Positions 49,124 through 62,224 of a stretch of 64,000 nucleotides of DNA are shown here, piece by piece. Each line of letters begins with the position of its first letter. Position 1 is the stretch's first letter. Made by a program: the position numbers and the translations under genes. The stretch covers positions 2,944 to 66,943 of the forward strand of contig NW_021835971.1 in the NCBI RefSeq assembly GCF_006345805.1, given 5' to 3'. The notes under the pieces are model-generated. The model was not told the origin of the DNA. It made no database searches and saw nothing but the letters and a program-made list of their open reading frames with translations. This DNA comes from Octopus sinensis. Taxonomy: Eukaryota.

Positions 49124-51359
49124 ATGGTGGGTTATAACTTCCGAGGCATAACAGTAGTTCCATCAGCAAAAGTATAAAGCAGAATAAATAAAACAGAATT
49201 TTATCGACTTTACCCTTTCCAAAACACAGAGAAAAACACCAACAGTAGTCCATAAACGAGAAAAACTAACAAAAATCCGTCAATTTTATCTCCGTAAAAT
49301 CAAATTCACACAACAAAACTTCCACGACCGCCTAACAGCAATAATCTCCCAATTCCCCAAACTCGATGTACCCATTTTATAACACAAAAAGGAAGTACAT
49401 CCATTCTACACAGACCTAATGAACATTCTATACGACCGAGATCACTATAAACTAGCACTCGGACAGATCAACACTGCAAAGAATTTAATCGACAAGTTTA
49501 TTTACTTTATCACCACCTCAGTGTTGCACGTGACTACACCAGACTTGTCAAACTCGCAGATTCTCTTTTCCGATGTAAGCAACTCAAAAGAGCGGGACTT
49601 GGGAGGTTGTGGTGTATGGAATATCAATGTAGAATGGTGACTATAATAAGAAGACAGTCCTCCTCTCTGGAATACCTCGAGCAGGTTAGACAACATCTCA
49701 GTAGACTTCCCACAATTGACCCCAGTACTCGGACTTTGATTATATGTGGGTATCCCAATGTGGGCAAATCTAGTTTTCTTAACACTGTGAGTAATGTCTA
49801 TTTATTCCTAGATAACCAGAGCTGATGTAGAAGTACAGAGTTATGCCTTTACCACTAAGTCCCTTTACGTAGGCCACACAGACTATAACTATCTTAGATG
49901 GCAGGTTCGCCATACTATAATTATTTTATTATTATAAAATTAGTTTATAAAATAATAATTAATTAAATAATATGTGATAATTAATTAAGGTGATTGATAC
50001 TCCGGGAATACTGGACCATGCATTGGAGGAAAGGAACACAATCGAAATGCAGGCAGTGACTGCTTTGGCTCACCTGAAGGCATCAGTAATATACATGATC
50101 GACCCATCCGAGTCCTGTGGATATTCCCTCTCTCAGCAAGTAAAACAATAAATAACTGTAGTTTGAACTGTACGAGAACATAAAACCACTTTTCCAAGGC
50201 AAGCCGGTCTTAGTTTGTGCAAATAAGACTGATTTGTGTCCATTGGAACAACTAATAGATGAAAGAAGAGTACTGTCCTTATAGTAAATATATATCAGAG
50301 TGTGATCTCCAAGTTTGAGGGAACTGTCCTTCAAATGAGCACGATTAGTGGAGAGGGGATAGAACAAGTAAAAGGAGATGCGTGTGACCGATTATTGGAG
50401 ATGAGAGTTGAAGCTAAAATCAACTCAAAAGGGGTCGATTTGGTCAGCCGAGTCCACGTGGCAGAGCCTATTCCGCGTGATGACAAGGTTAATGCCACAA
50501 ATGGATTGTAGTTGAGACTCCCTTACATCCCTGAGGTCATAAAACCGGAAGGTTCTAAGCGATTAGAAAAGGACATTGAACGGGAAATGGGAGATGATTA
50601 TTTTATTGATTTTAAAAGTAGTTTTGTGGTTATTGTTTGTAGAGAATTATGATTTGCCAGAGGAGTACAAGTATGATGTAATTCCGGAGTTTTATAATGG
50701 TCATAATGTGGCTGATTTTGTGGATCCCTTTATATTTAAGGTAGTTACTGATGGGAATGAGTGGTAGAGATTGGAACAACTCAACACAGAGGAGGAGTTG
50801 AGGGAAAAAGCGGGGTTTTATGATAGTTCAGAAAGTGAGGACGAAGACACAAAGAAGATTCGTGCCACAGCAAAACAGTTTTATTTTGGCATATTAGTAA
50901 TTAGGATCAAAATACAAAAGAATTTGTTAATCCAGAAAGGACGAGTGAAGAGGACCATCAAACGAAAGACTCCACGAGCACTCCACAGACTCGAATTGAG
51001 GAGTCTCGAAAAGAGAATGAGAAGAGGAAGCGAGGCCTATGACCCCACAATAGTGAGCGTATTTATATTTATTATAGTTCAAAAAACTGAGGAATTCGTC
51101 AAATGTGAATCGAAGGGCTGTGACCTTGAGTGCTGGTGAGAAGGCCGAGGGGGGTCGGGCATTGGTCAAGAGACCTGGTCGAGATATGAGTGGACTTAAG
51201 GATGAGGCGGCCTATCGCGTGGTCACTAAAATGCAGAGATGTGCACAAAGGAAAATGGCTTTGGAGTCTAGGAAGGGAGAGGGAGATAGACATGTCCCTA
51301 ATCTGAGACCAAAGCACTTGTTAAGTGGAAAGAGAAGATTTAAGGCTAATCATCGATAA
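49124..51359 (+). CDS. GTPBP4: Nucleolar GTP-binding protein 1 (NOG1), about 14 exons
   Basis: The spliced translation reads [16 protein letters not shown]...[11 protein letters not shown]...[10 protein letters not shown]...[12 protein letters not shown]...[10 protein letters not shown]...NKTD...KPKHL-like end ([10 protein letters not shown]). There are 13 GT-AG introns, mostly 22-29 nt. TAA at 51357-51359. Confidence 0.96.
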
Positions 51360-54300
51360 TTTACTATTAATTCAATTTTGTTTATACTTTTAATCTACGA
51401 TTCTTTTGGGTCTAAACATTATTTAAAAGTAAAGGAATTTATGAAATTTAGTTTTTAGATGCTATTGTTTTGATCTGTATGTTTTAATTGCAACAATTCT
51501 AATTTTGATTACGACAAATCCGAAATAGATCTATAATAATACGCGTTAAATAATTACGTTAGCCTAATCATTGCTAAAGAATTCAACAAAACAAACCATT
51601 GTGAAGATAGTGCTCTGGATGTCCTGAATTATATTAAAAAAAATTTAAAAGAACCAAAGCAAAATCACATTCAAAATGTCTCATTCGGTCAAGGACGCAT
51701 TGAAGACGCCCTAAAAAGTTCAAAAGCTGTCGACTTGGTCGTCGTTAACCCACCTCTAATAGGACTTTTTCAACACGTTTAATACGTTAAAGATTTCGCT
51801 CGCAAATATTTATTAAGTCTGTATTTTTCTAGATCATCTAATTTAATTGTCCAACAATTCGGGTCTTTTTGTGGTCTCAGCTTCTTTTGCTTAATCGCAA
51901 CATAAATCGCTACCGTTTATAAGAGCTGCTTTAGTGAACGAAACAATTTTCTTTGAACCCAAAGCATAAATACAGAAGTATATTGTGTATTGCCAATATC
52001 CATCAGATTATATCATCCTCAATTCAAAAATCCCTAAACAAAAACGGAACCGCAACTAATTTTGATTATTACATTTCCACTTTATATATTTTTTGTTTAT
52101 ATTTTAAGCCTTATAAACATCTAATAATTACAAAAAAATTGAATTGAAATAAATCTATTTTTTTACTTTTCTTAAAATTTTTGATTTACATAGAGTTAGA
52201 AATTAATAACAGTAACAGTTACTGTTACTGTTAGAAATTAATAAGTTTACATTATGGTGAGGTTAAACCCTTGGTATGCTATAAGATGGATATGATCGGA
52301 AGAGGCATTCCCGCATGAAATTTATTTTAAAGTCATCTCTATCAGAAGATGTTTTAAACCAAGTAATTAGAGATTATTAAAAAAGACTGCTCTTTTTGAA
52401 AAATCTACAGCACTATGATAAAGGCGATTGAAAGACGTAATCGATTAGAAGCAGAGATTGCTGATATCAACCTCCCTGATTCAAATGCAGCCGAGTTCAA
52501 AGGCCTAAAATGGGGAAAAACGAAGAACTCAAAGAGCGCCTACTTCAATTAATAGCTCTCCAGCTCGAAGTGCAGAAAAGCTAGACTTTGAAACTAAAAA
52601 ATAGTTTATCAAAAGATTCAGCAAGTGCCACACGTCTTGTTTAAACCATTAAACTGATTCGCGGACCACAGGAACATCTGTTCTTTAAAAGTTCTAAGAG
52701 AGCACGGAAAAGAATACCAGAATAAATCAGAAAAACTTGATATCGAAATCATTCGTGACCAAATTTGTTTAAAAGAACAAGATAGAAACCGTTATTGTAA
52801 TGGCTTGATTGATCACATTCGTCTCGTCTCTTTTCATTCAATAAAGACCCCACTTACTCTTCTGAAGTGGACTTTAAGCAAGCTATTGAAAAGATGAAAT
52901 AAAAACACCTGGTTAAAAGGTCTCATTTTCGACCTTAGATGCAATGATTTTTCCCTGCAAAAAAATTCGAAAAAAGCCTATGCACTGATATTTTTCCAAT
53001 GTGTAATGAATACTGAAGTTGATGTTAATGAATTTTCTTTGAAGTTAATCAATGATTAAAAAATTAAGATTTGTTTAAAGTATTTAAATCAAATGATTTT
53101 AATATAACAAATGACAAATTACGTATTTACATGAATATCCTTGACTTTTTAAAATTACCACGACTATTCATGAGTGAAATTTAGATATATTTTAATGTTT
53201 TTATTTAAGATTTGTTTTTTCCATAAAACCTGTCAAAAACTTTAAACGTGAGTTGAATAAAAAGAAAATTTAAAAATTCCCGTCCTTTTCAAAAAATCAA
53301 TACGAATGGAATATTAATTTAAATAAAAATGACAACAAATTGGTTTCTATTTTTATTGACTAGAGATCAGCATTATATCCTGATTATTTTAAGTCTGACA
53401 AAAATTTATTTCCATTTTATGTTCGAAATGATAATATTTTAATCTTTGTTAATTATTGATTGTGTCTCCTAGACTTACATAACCAGATTAATATAAAGGA
53501 TTTGCTGTTCGTTAAAATGCTTGGTTATCTAACGATTTTAAGCTCCCTGGTTTTTCTCGTGACTTCACAAGGTGGAACTTGGCTCATTATTCATCTATAG
53601 AATGCAACAAAACCAAAAGAATCGCTTTGGATTCCGGCGAAGAGCGAATTTCGTTAATAAAATATCCGTGTGGCACTAAACACGTTAAAAGTTTTTTATC
53701 ACAAAAAATTTCACGGCACAAATAATTAATGATTGCGAAAATAAGTTGTAATGCGGAGAAAGGAAAGTATTAATTGGTAAACTCGCAATAAAAATGAACT
53801 CTTTGAGCAACTCTTGTTTTAGAATTGTTTTTCTTTACAAAAAATAGTTTGTGAAATCGTGGGAGAAGTCATTTCGATCACCAATTTGAACATCAACCAA
53901 TTTGAACATTGTTCTGTCGTTACCGGAAGCATTTTCATAATGCCACACGAATCTTTAATTGCAAGTCCTACAATTAGAGATATTCAAATTAAAAACTTGA
54001 AATATCTAAGTTCTGTCCAGGCATGATGAATTAAAAAATCTTAATTTTCTTAAAAATTTGGAGTATACTGGGATTTGGCGACAGTCTACTGCGATCAATT
54101 CAATTACTTGAAGAAAGAATTTGGACTTAATAACAATGATTTGAAATTAAAATGAAGCCTCATTAAATGGCGATTACATTGGGTTACTTTTCTCATTTAA
54201 CTAATTAAATAATCTCTTTTGTTCTCGTTAATTTTGTTTTATTTCATTTAGAAAAGTTTTATGTTTTATTTTAAAATTAGTTTAAAAAGACCATTGAAAG

Positions 54301-54539
54301 GACCTCCATACTTCAGAAAATAAGAGTTGATGACCGTAGTCGAGTTAAAAATTCCTCTGCATACAAAGTCAATCAATTAACTTTGCCGTTTAGATAGAAG
54401 GCTAATAAAAAATGGAATTCTACAATAAATACATTTTTATGCAAACTTTCGCTTATGTTATGCTTCCCATAAAGCTATAGAATGGCTATTTTTTAGGTTT
54501 ATAAATCGTTAGTTATTTTAACTAAAAAATCCATGTTAA

Positions 54540-55092
54540 AGTAATTAATTAATTAGCTTAATCTTCTCTTTTTGGGCCCATAATCCAGTGACCGTATGGT
54601 TGTGTTCTCGTCGAAGCACACTCCACATTCTGAGGCTGCCCTTGGTTGACATTCCGTTTCAGCTTTCTCCTCACGAGGAATCGATATACCATGCCTCTCT
54701 TCAGCCTGCATGCTCTCCAATGTCTTCCTCAGAACCACTGTCTGAATATATGCTCTCACTCTTTCTTCCAGCTTGAGGACATCAAGATGACCCTTGAAAA
54801 ATCTTGAGACAATTCCATCCCAGGTCATTACAACAGGGATTACTTTCACTTTTGCGTGATGAATTGCTTCAAGTTCATTTGCCAATAAGTCATATTTGTG
54901 GAACTTCTCAACTTCGACCTGCTTTAGGCAATTTTGCGAAGTAACCCCAACTTCGATAAGGGTGATTGTATTCCTTACTTTGTCATGGACAAATATATCA
55001 GGTTTGTTATTCGCCACAGCTGTATCCGTACTAATCGTAGTATCCACACGAATCTCCACAAATTCATTGCTAACAACAGATTGAACTGACGA
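54540..55092 (-). mobile_element. 3' (RLE) fragment of the R4-like retrotransposon family
   Basis: EIRVDTTISTD...NNKPDIF...LIEVGVTSQ...KFHKYDLLA, homologous to 60-540. A (TAAT)n-like tail follows the stop. Confidence 0.85.
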
Positions 55093-55257
55093 CAGATTGT
55101 TACACGGTCCAAAAAATGACCGCGGTACTAAAGATTGCTCCGAAGTTTAAAAAAACCGCGGACCCTAGTTTAAAAAACACTGCTTTAGACGGAAATTTAG
55201 TCATTTTACTCCGAAAAGCAGTTTAAATAGCAAGAATTAATTTTATATGATCTAATC

Positions 55258-56440
55258 CAGGGGTCGGCAAAAGCAGGCTCGCGAGCCTTTGAAGGCTCTT
55301 TAAATCTTACGGTAGGCTCTTTCAATTTTTAACTATTTTTTTAATAAATGATTTTAATTTTTAACTATTTTTTTTGTTTTGTTAATAAAAAAATCTTTGC
55401 ACGTTTAACATTAATTTTTTGTGGTACATCGATATATGACTAGCAATAAAAAAATTAATAAAAAAATCGATAATGGGCGACATTTTCAATCAAAATGGAC
55501 TGAAATTTTTGCATTCACGTCTAATTCAGAACAACTACCGAAATGTCTCATTTGCCAGGAAACTTTGAATCAAAATAAAAAGTCAAATTTAGAGAGACAC
55601 TTTAACACAAAACACTCAAATTTCGCAAAAAAATATCCAATTAGTGATTCCCGAAAGAAAGCTGTAGAAAAACTTGCAAAGAATAATCAGATTGAGAATT
55701 CCGCTTTTAAATATTGGTATCACAATGCCAGGACTGCAAATATTGCCAGTTTTTTGACAAGCCACGAGATCGCAAAAAGGGGAAAACCATTTACCGATGG
55801 CGAATTTATAAAGGCATGTTTCATTAAAACCTCTGAAGAACTTTGAAATCAACGCAGCTGAGTTCGAAATGCAGCTATTGGACTTGACATGCAAGGAATT
55901 ATGGGCATCAAAATTTATTCGCCTTTCAGAATTACTTGAAACCTTGAAAAGAAACATTGTCTGGTAAAATTAAAAATGATATTAATGTTATACAAAAGAA
56001 ACTTGAAGATGTGATTTTCGAAACTTGAATTCTTTTCCAGATTCTTATTATGAATTAAAAAAATTTGCATACGGAATTTTGACAATATTCGGGTCCACTT
56101 ATATGTGTGAACAAAGTTTTTCTTATATGAATTATATAAAATCTAAATTAAGGAACAAAATTACAGATTCGAATTTGGAATCTAACCTCAGATTAAAATT
56201 AACGACTTACGACCCAGACATTAACCAACTCATCAAAGAAATGAGGAATCACATTTCTCATTAATGCGTCTGATTAATTTAATTTTTTAAAATGAATTCT
56301 TAATTATTTTTTAAATTAATGTCTATTTAATTTTATGAATTTAAATTTTTGACAAGTGGTAAAAGGTGGCTCTTTAATTTTTCGAAATTTCCAAAAATGT
56401 TCAAAATTGGCTCTTCTCCAAAAGTATTTGCCGACCCCTG
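55258..56440 (+). mobile_element. Internally deleted hAT element (GTF2IRD2/SPIN-like)
   Basis: TIRs CAGGGGTCGGCAAA / TTTGCCGACCCCTG, 8-bp TSD ATCTAATC. It has a BED-like N-terminus (PKCLIC...NLERHF) and the C-terminus FGSTYMCEQSFS. Confidence 0.92.
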
Positions 56441-56689
56441 ATCTAATCTAAAAATTTCTCAAAACTATTGCAATTGCAGCATGTTTTATCCATAGTTTTC
56501 CTCTGAATTTAATTTTTATTGTGAATAGAATCTAATTTATTTTGAAATTAATCGTAATTTTCAATTATAAACTAAGTTTCTAAGATTATAGAATAAATGA
56601 AAATCATAGAACCAAAGAATCTTTGTTAATATCAATAATTTATTATTATATTTTTATTTATTTGGGGGCTCCTGATGATATGGATTTCT

Positions 56690-57200
56690 ATTAATAAAAT
56701 TTGAATTTAAAATTACTCCTCTAAATTATTCCATTTAACCGATTTTCTCTTTTTTCTTACTATAATGACGGCAATAAACAAAATAATCAGAAGTGCAACG
56801 AAAATAGGTATGAGATACAGCATTTCAAATTTTTCACATTTATTGGTTTCAAATTTAAATTATTTTTAACAGGAATAACACGATTTGCAAAATAATAATA
56901 AATATATACATTTGAAGTAGGACGTGTGCTATCTAATGGCTTTTCTGTTGGTGTTATTCGACTTTTAAAGGACACTGTTGATGGCTTTTCTGTTGATGTT
57001 ATTCTACTTTTCATGGACACTGTTGTTGGCTTTTCTGTTGGTGTTATTCTACTTTTCAAAAGAAGTGATAAAGTTGCTGAAAAAATAAATTTTTGATTAC
57101 TGTCATTTATAAGATGGTTCATATTTCGAAGATAATTTAACTCTTTTTCTAACAATATTCGATTACTTAAATAAGAATGATTTAGAATTACCACAAAGTA
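56690..57200 (-). other. Candidate mucin-like membrane protein gene region (three 45-nt repeats encoding KSRITPTEKPxTVS)
   Basis: Three Ser/Thr/Pro-rich 15-aa repeats at about 56930-57065. A hydrophobic YLIPIFVALLIILFIAVIIVRKK segment lies downstream in another frame. The gene model could not be completed. Confidence 0.4.
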
Positions 57201-57829
57201 TTATTCATAATACTATTTGTATTGTTTGAATCAAACAAACCAAACAAGTGTAATATATTATATAGAATTGCTCCATAATATTTCTATATAAATTTAATTT
57301 TAATTACATTTTTATTGTGGTATTTTACGTATATTACTTTACTCTCATCCTCGGTGTATATTTTATCCATAATTTTGTTTTCTTCACTTTGAAAGATTAA
57401 AAATAATAAAACGAATTCTATTTTGATAACCAAGTGATTTAATTTATTTGACCTATCAACTTCGGTTATTTCAATTGCATCAGAGAGAGCCTATTATATA
57501 GCTAAAAATTATCACTTGTTTTGCCGTTAGAACATCGTTTCTCTATAGTTATTAATTATAAAGCAAACAGGGATGTTATCAAAAAAAATTTTCAATTTCC
57601 ATGGATAGCCTATGGATAGATTTCACATTAAATTTAAAATTACCAATTGTTTGAAAAACTAACGCTCCTAATAATAAATAGAGACATACCATTTTTTTTC
57701 ACGCTAAAGTCAAATATAAATGTGTCATGCGAAAATTCCAATAAAATTATGACTTTATTCTTCGAAATATAAAATTTTTTTTAAATAATATGTTGCTTAT
57801 TACGAAAAAAAGAATTCGGTAAAGTATTC

Positions 57830-58255
57830 GAAAGCTTCATGGACGGGAAGCCGACGCGATTGAGAAAGAATTAGAGCGTACTATCGCAAGGGTTAGCAAC
57901 TGTGGGGCTATAAGTCTAAATGTACTTGAAACCCGCTGGCGCCTGTTTGGACATATCTTACGAATGAAGAAACACCTTGCAATATGGCCATGGAAGAATT
58001 TTTCGGCCATACTAAATACTCTAATTATAGAGGACGTCCAAGGGACTGTCTTCCGGGAATACTTACGAAGGAATATGCTATGATCGGAGGCCGATTGATG
58101 GATGCAGACGATCTAGACGAAATCGGAAAGAGGGCAAGACGACGGAAGGAATGGAAGGGGCTAACGACAAGAATAGTTAAAAACATGGCACAAGCGAAAT
58201 CATAAACTTTGTTTACTGGCAACGCGGACGTGCATTAACTAACTAACTAACTAGC
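57830..58255 (+). mobile_element. RTE-like 3' end with (TAAC)n tail
   Basis: RWRLFGHILR...RGRPRDCL...RRRKEWKGL, ending in TAACTAACTAACTAAC. Confidence 0.75.
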
Positions 58256-58399
58256 AAAATGTAGGTCTAGCATTACACTTTATTAACTTATCATTCGTTA
58301 TTTTTTGAACTAACGTCCATTTTATAAATCCGAATTTTTTTTTAAAGTGAAAAGAAAAAATATGACAATTTAATTATTGCTTGATGAAATGATCCACGT

Positions 58400-59680
58400 T
58401 AATTCTTGGATTGAGAGGACGAGCGAATAGACAGGCAGTCTTCGAGTTCAAACATTCTTCAAATCGCTTTTGCACAAGATAGCCAGTCACCTCACAATAG
58501 TATAAATGCGATGTATATTTTGAATCCATATCTTCACACAGGATTCGCTAAACATTACTTCAACCATATCGATACCTGCTGGCAAAACTAGAGTTTCTCC
58601 GATATTGTTGGTTTTTTTTTACATTTTCCAATCCTGTAAGAAACTTTGTACGATGCTGGTAAAGCATTTGAAGAGACAGAAACAACCAGTGAGGCGTACT
58701 TTGTGATTTTTTTCGTTTCGGCATGTGCGGAGGCTGAGAGTCAGGGCGGGAGGCAGAGTCCATGAGAGATGACAAGGAAAACGAGTCAACACAGGTGACG
58801 TCCCAAACGAGAGCGAGTCCCCCCTTGAACGGGAAAAGCGTGGACCCATCGGGACGTTTTCCGTCGCCACGGTCTAACCCAACCGGCTCCAGGACCGAAG
58901 GGAATCCAGCGGCGTAGAGCGCGCGCTTGACAATATCATCCAAGGCGGCATGTCTGGGTATACGGCCGGCGACAAGAGAGGGGGTGTAGCCCTCTCCTGT
59001 CAATGTCCTTTCCGCATCTGGACTGATGTGGCTGGCAAATCTCTATGCCAAGCCGTAAACAGATTCCGATGCGGACAGATTCGTCGTCCAGCAACATTCC
59101 AGCAGAGGAAATCGGCAAAGCGTCAAGCCAATCGGCCGAGTGGGGTTGACAGGCACAATTAATGCTTGCCAACTGAAACTGGTCAGCACGTAGGCGGATA
59201 TCTTTAAGTACATGGGAACAATGTATATCATCCCATTTCTTTTGAACTGAGGGGACGTCCGGGATTTTAAGCCCACGAGAAATCCACATGTTGACACCCG
59301 CCGTATATTTCAACAACTCGGGCTGTTCAGGGGAGGGGAAAAGAACAGAGTTGAAGGAACTAGCAGAAGCAGACAACGAGGAAAGGTAACATGGGAGAAA
59401 TAAATCAACACAAGAACGAATGCCGATGCCCCCGTAGCGAATAAATAAATTAACCCGTCGCATGTCTGAAGGTTTGAATTTAATATTTACGAGAAGCTCA
59501 AGAGCTTTGGAGACCATGTTGTCGAGACGAGACAAATGATTTTGTTCGAGAAAGCAGGGCGATGAGTGCATGAGATAAGTTAGCTTCGGTATAAAGAGAT
59601 AGTTTTTGAGCAAGAAAAGTCCCAAATGGGATTCAAGTTTGGAAATGCGGGAGATTGGATTTAAGGTTGTTTCAGTTGAA
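58400..59680 (-). mobile_element. CRE-like retrotransposon fragment (post-RT and RLE), frameshifted
   Basis: LKNYLFIPKLTYL...YGGIGIRS...ADWLDALPISSAGMLLDDE...HPLSCRR...[18 protein letters not shown]...DGKRPDG. Confidence 0.85.
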
Positions 59681-59830
59681 GATGAGTCTTCACATTGGTA
59701 TAAAAGTCAAAGTTTCATTTTGTATTTTCATTTTTTAATTCAATAGAAAAGTGAATTTCCTTACTTTTAGAATATTCAATTCTTTGTATCAGATACCACA
59801 CATCGGTCATCCTCTTATTACTATTTGCAA

Positions 59831-61849
59831 CAGAGGTTCCCAACCATTTTTAGAGCTCGCACCCCTAAATATTTTTGTACAAACTCTCGCACCCCCAGAA
59901 CATATTATTATTTAACCAGAAGTTTGTTAATCGAAAAAATTAAAAATTTAACATTAAACATAATAAAGTTTAAATTAACAAAAGTATACAGTCACACAAG
60001 AACAAAAGTAAACAATTAATAGCTTCTTTGTTCTTGTTTATTTTCAATGATTTTGTCAAATCTTGGCATTTTTTTGCTAATCGCAATACGAATGTCATGT
60101 TCAGGATTCAGGCGATTTCTGTATTTAGTTTTAATTGCCAAAAGAGAGCTGAATCCTGACTCGCATAAGTATGTCGTTGCAAATGGAATAATTTCATACA
60201 AAGCCTTTTGAGATAATTTTGGATACATTTTCACTACTGAACTCCTAAACTGTTCCAATGTACAATTGTGAAACTGAATTATAAGTGCTTTGTTTTGTTC
60301 GAAGATCAATTAGACCTTCTTTGAGTTCATGATCATCTGACATAATTTTCAGATTATACGAAAATGGACTAAAAATCCATTCATCCGTAATATTTAGATC
60401 CGTTCCGAAATATTTTTCAAAAGACGTGGACAATACCTCTAAATGAGATATAATTTCTTTACGAAAAGTAGGATTCATTGAATTGTCGACCACCTTTTCT
60501 AAAGTTGGGAAATTCGTGACATTGTATGTTTCTATTCGCCGACGCCAAAGAGATAATTTATTTTTGAATGCAGCCATTTTTTCATGTCATTTGAGTGTGC
60601 TAACATCTGTACCTTGAAGAGATAAACTCAAATTATACATGTGAGTAAAAATGTAAAATAAGACAGCATCTGGATAAATTCATGGGATTCCAAATATAGC
60701 AATAAATCATGATTATATTTATGAAGAAATAATTTTACTTCTTCTCTTAACTCAAAGATGCGGGTTAAAACTTGACCTCGTGAGAGCCAGCGAATTTCGG
60801 TATGAAATAATAAAATAGAATGATTGTTGCCAAGATCACTGCAAATTGTTTTAAAAATTCGATGGTTCATAGCACGACCTCTTATCCAGTTAATAATTTT
60901 TTAAGTGGTGCCAAGTACATTTTTCAACAATGGGGGGAGAGTTTTAACAGCTAATACATAGCGATGAAGAAAACAATGCGTAGTCCTTATGTTCGGAATT
61001 TCATTCTTTAATAGCCCACCAAAACCGGACATATTTCTCAGCATTGCTGGAGCACCGTCTGTACAAATAGACCCTATTGTCTGGGTATCCAAATCATGTT
61101 TCATAAAAAAATCTTTAACAATGGTAACTAGAGACATCAGTTGATTCGTCCAACTGAAGAGATATAAGGAAAGGACTTGATTTGATCTCTGTAATAATTT
61201 GGGACAAATATCATTTCTTAACTCACATATCGACTGTGAATTATATTATTGGATAGCGGGACTGTTTCAATCCTTTGTCTTGACTCTGTTCAGAGTATTA
61301 ATGAGACCATTTCCAATGACATGTTTTAATCAAATCTTCTCCGACTGTATGTGGATTTTTAGACTTTGCGATGTTATTGGCAACTTTATAAGAAGCCAGC
61401 AAAATCGGTTTGTCAAGATATACAAAGTTAAAGAGTCACTTACGAATCATATCGAGTTCTCTTTATTTTTAGAGATTTGAAATCATTGCCGCTACTATTA
61501 GTTCCACCACGTTTATGTATAAAGTTCTGTTCCAGTTTGGAAGGTTTCATATTCCGGTTAGAGAATGTAGCCTCACATAAGAAACATTTGGGCCTTTGGA
61601 GATCATCGATTTTAGTATATGTAAATCCAAAACGGACATAATCATCATTCTACTTTCTCTTTTTCATAACAACAAATAATAAACGTGACAATCTGAAAAC
61701 TTAGATATAATAATATATTTTTTCGAATATAATCTAAAAATAATAGATTTCAGATTTGAAAAAATATTTGCTCTTTAAAAAATTAACTATAAATCTTTAA
61801 AATCTTCACCCCCTAAATTTTTGCTGGCACCCCTGGTTGGGAACCGCTG
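59831..61849 (-). mobile_element. hAT element (ZBED5/SCAND3/Buster-like), decayed transposase
   Basis: TIRs CAGAGGTTCCCAACC / GGTTGGGAACCGCTG, TSD ATTTGCAA/ATTTACAA. Motifs ICTDGAPAM, THCFLHR, FHTEIRWLSRGQVL and PFATTYLCESGFS. Confidence 0.9.
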
Positions 61850-62224
61850 ATTTACAAAATGAACATAACTGGTCCTTGTTTTCTCTTGATTAAAAAACTT
61901 GATACTGTTGTCTTTTCCAAGTTCAATTTTGAAAATCCTTCGAATATTCTATCGTGTTTTTCAATGAATCATTTCTTAATTGTAACGATCAAAAAGAATT
62001 TATGAAGTTTTGAAAGTTATTTGCTAATGTAGGCATTTCTTGTCTGTTTATGAACAAGTTTCTTTAGATACAAAAATGAAGCTTCAAAGTTACTTTTAAT
62101 GTTAAAAAATTGTTTTAATACTGGAATTATGAATATTTTTAGTTATTAAAATGAATTTGAAGATACTCCCTTGTTGAGAAAAATTAACCTGCAAAACGAA
62201 TATATCCTTTCCGTACTCAATAAG

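Noticed and set aside
25890-51950. TAA/TAG reassigned to Gln (ciliate-type code), suggested by TAR-only stops in the USP, HEAT and DCAF4-like genes
   Set aside because: RPN11, DDX55, NOG1, CPVL and the long RT ORF contain no in-frame TAR and use CAA/CAG for Gln. NOG1 ends in TAA at the homologous terminus. The UBF-like TAG replaces a conserved Trp. Some of these loci also have frameshifts, so they are pseudogenes.
52280-52920. Coding-like degenerate stretch, possibly the 5' part of a Penelope-like or other retroelement
   Set aside because: It has many stops and frameshifts and no motif I could identify with confidence.
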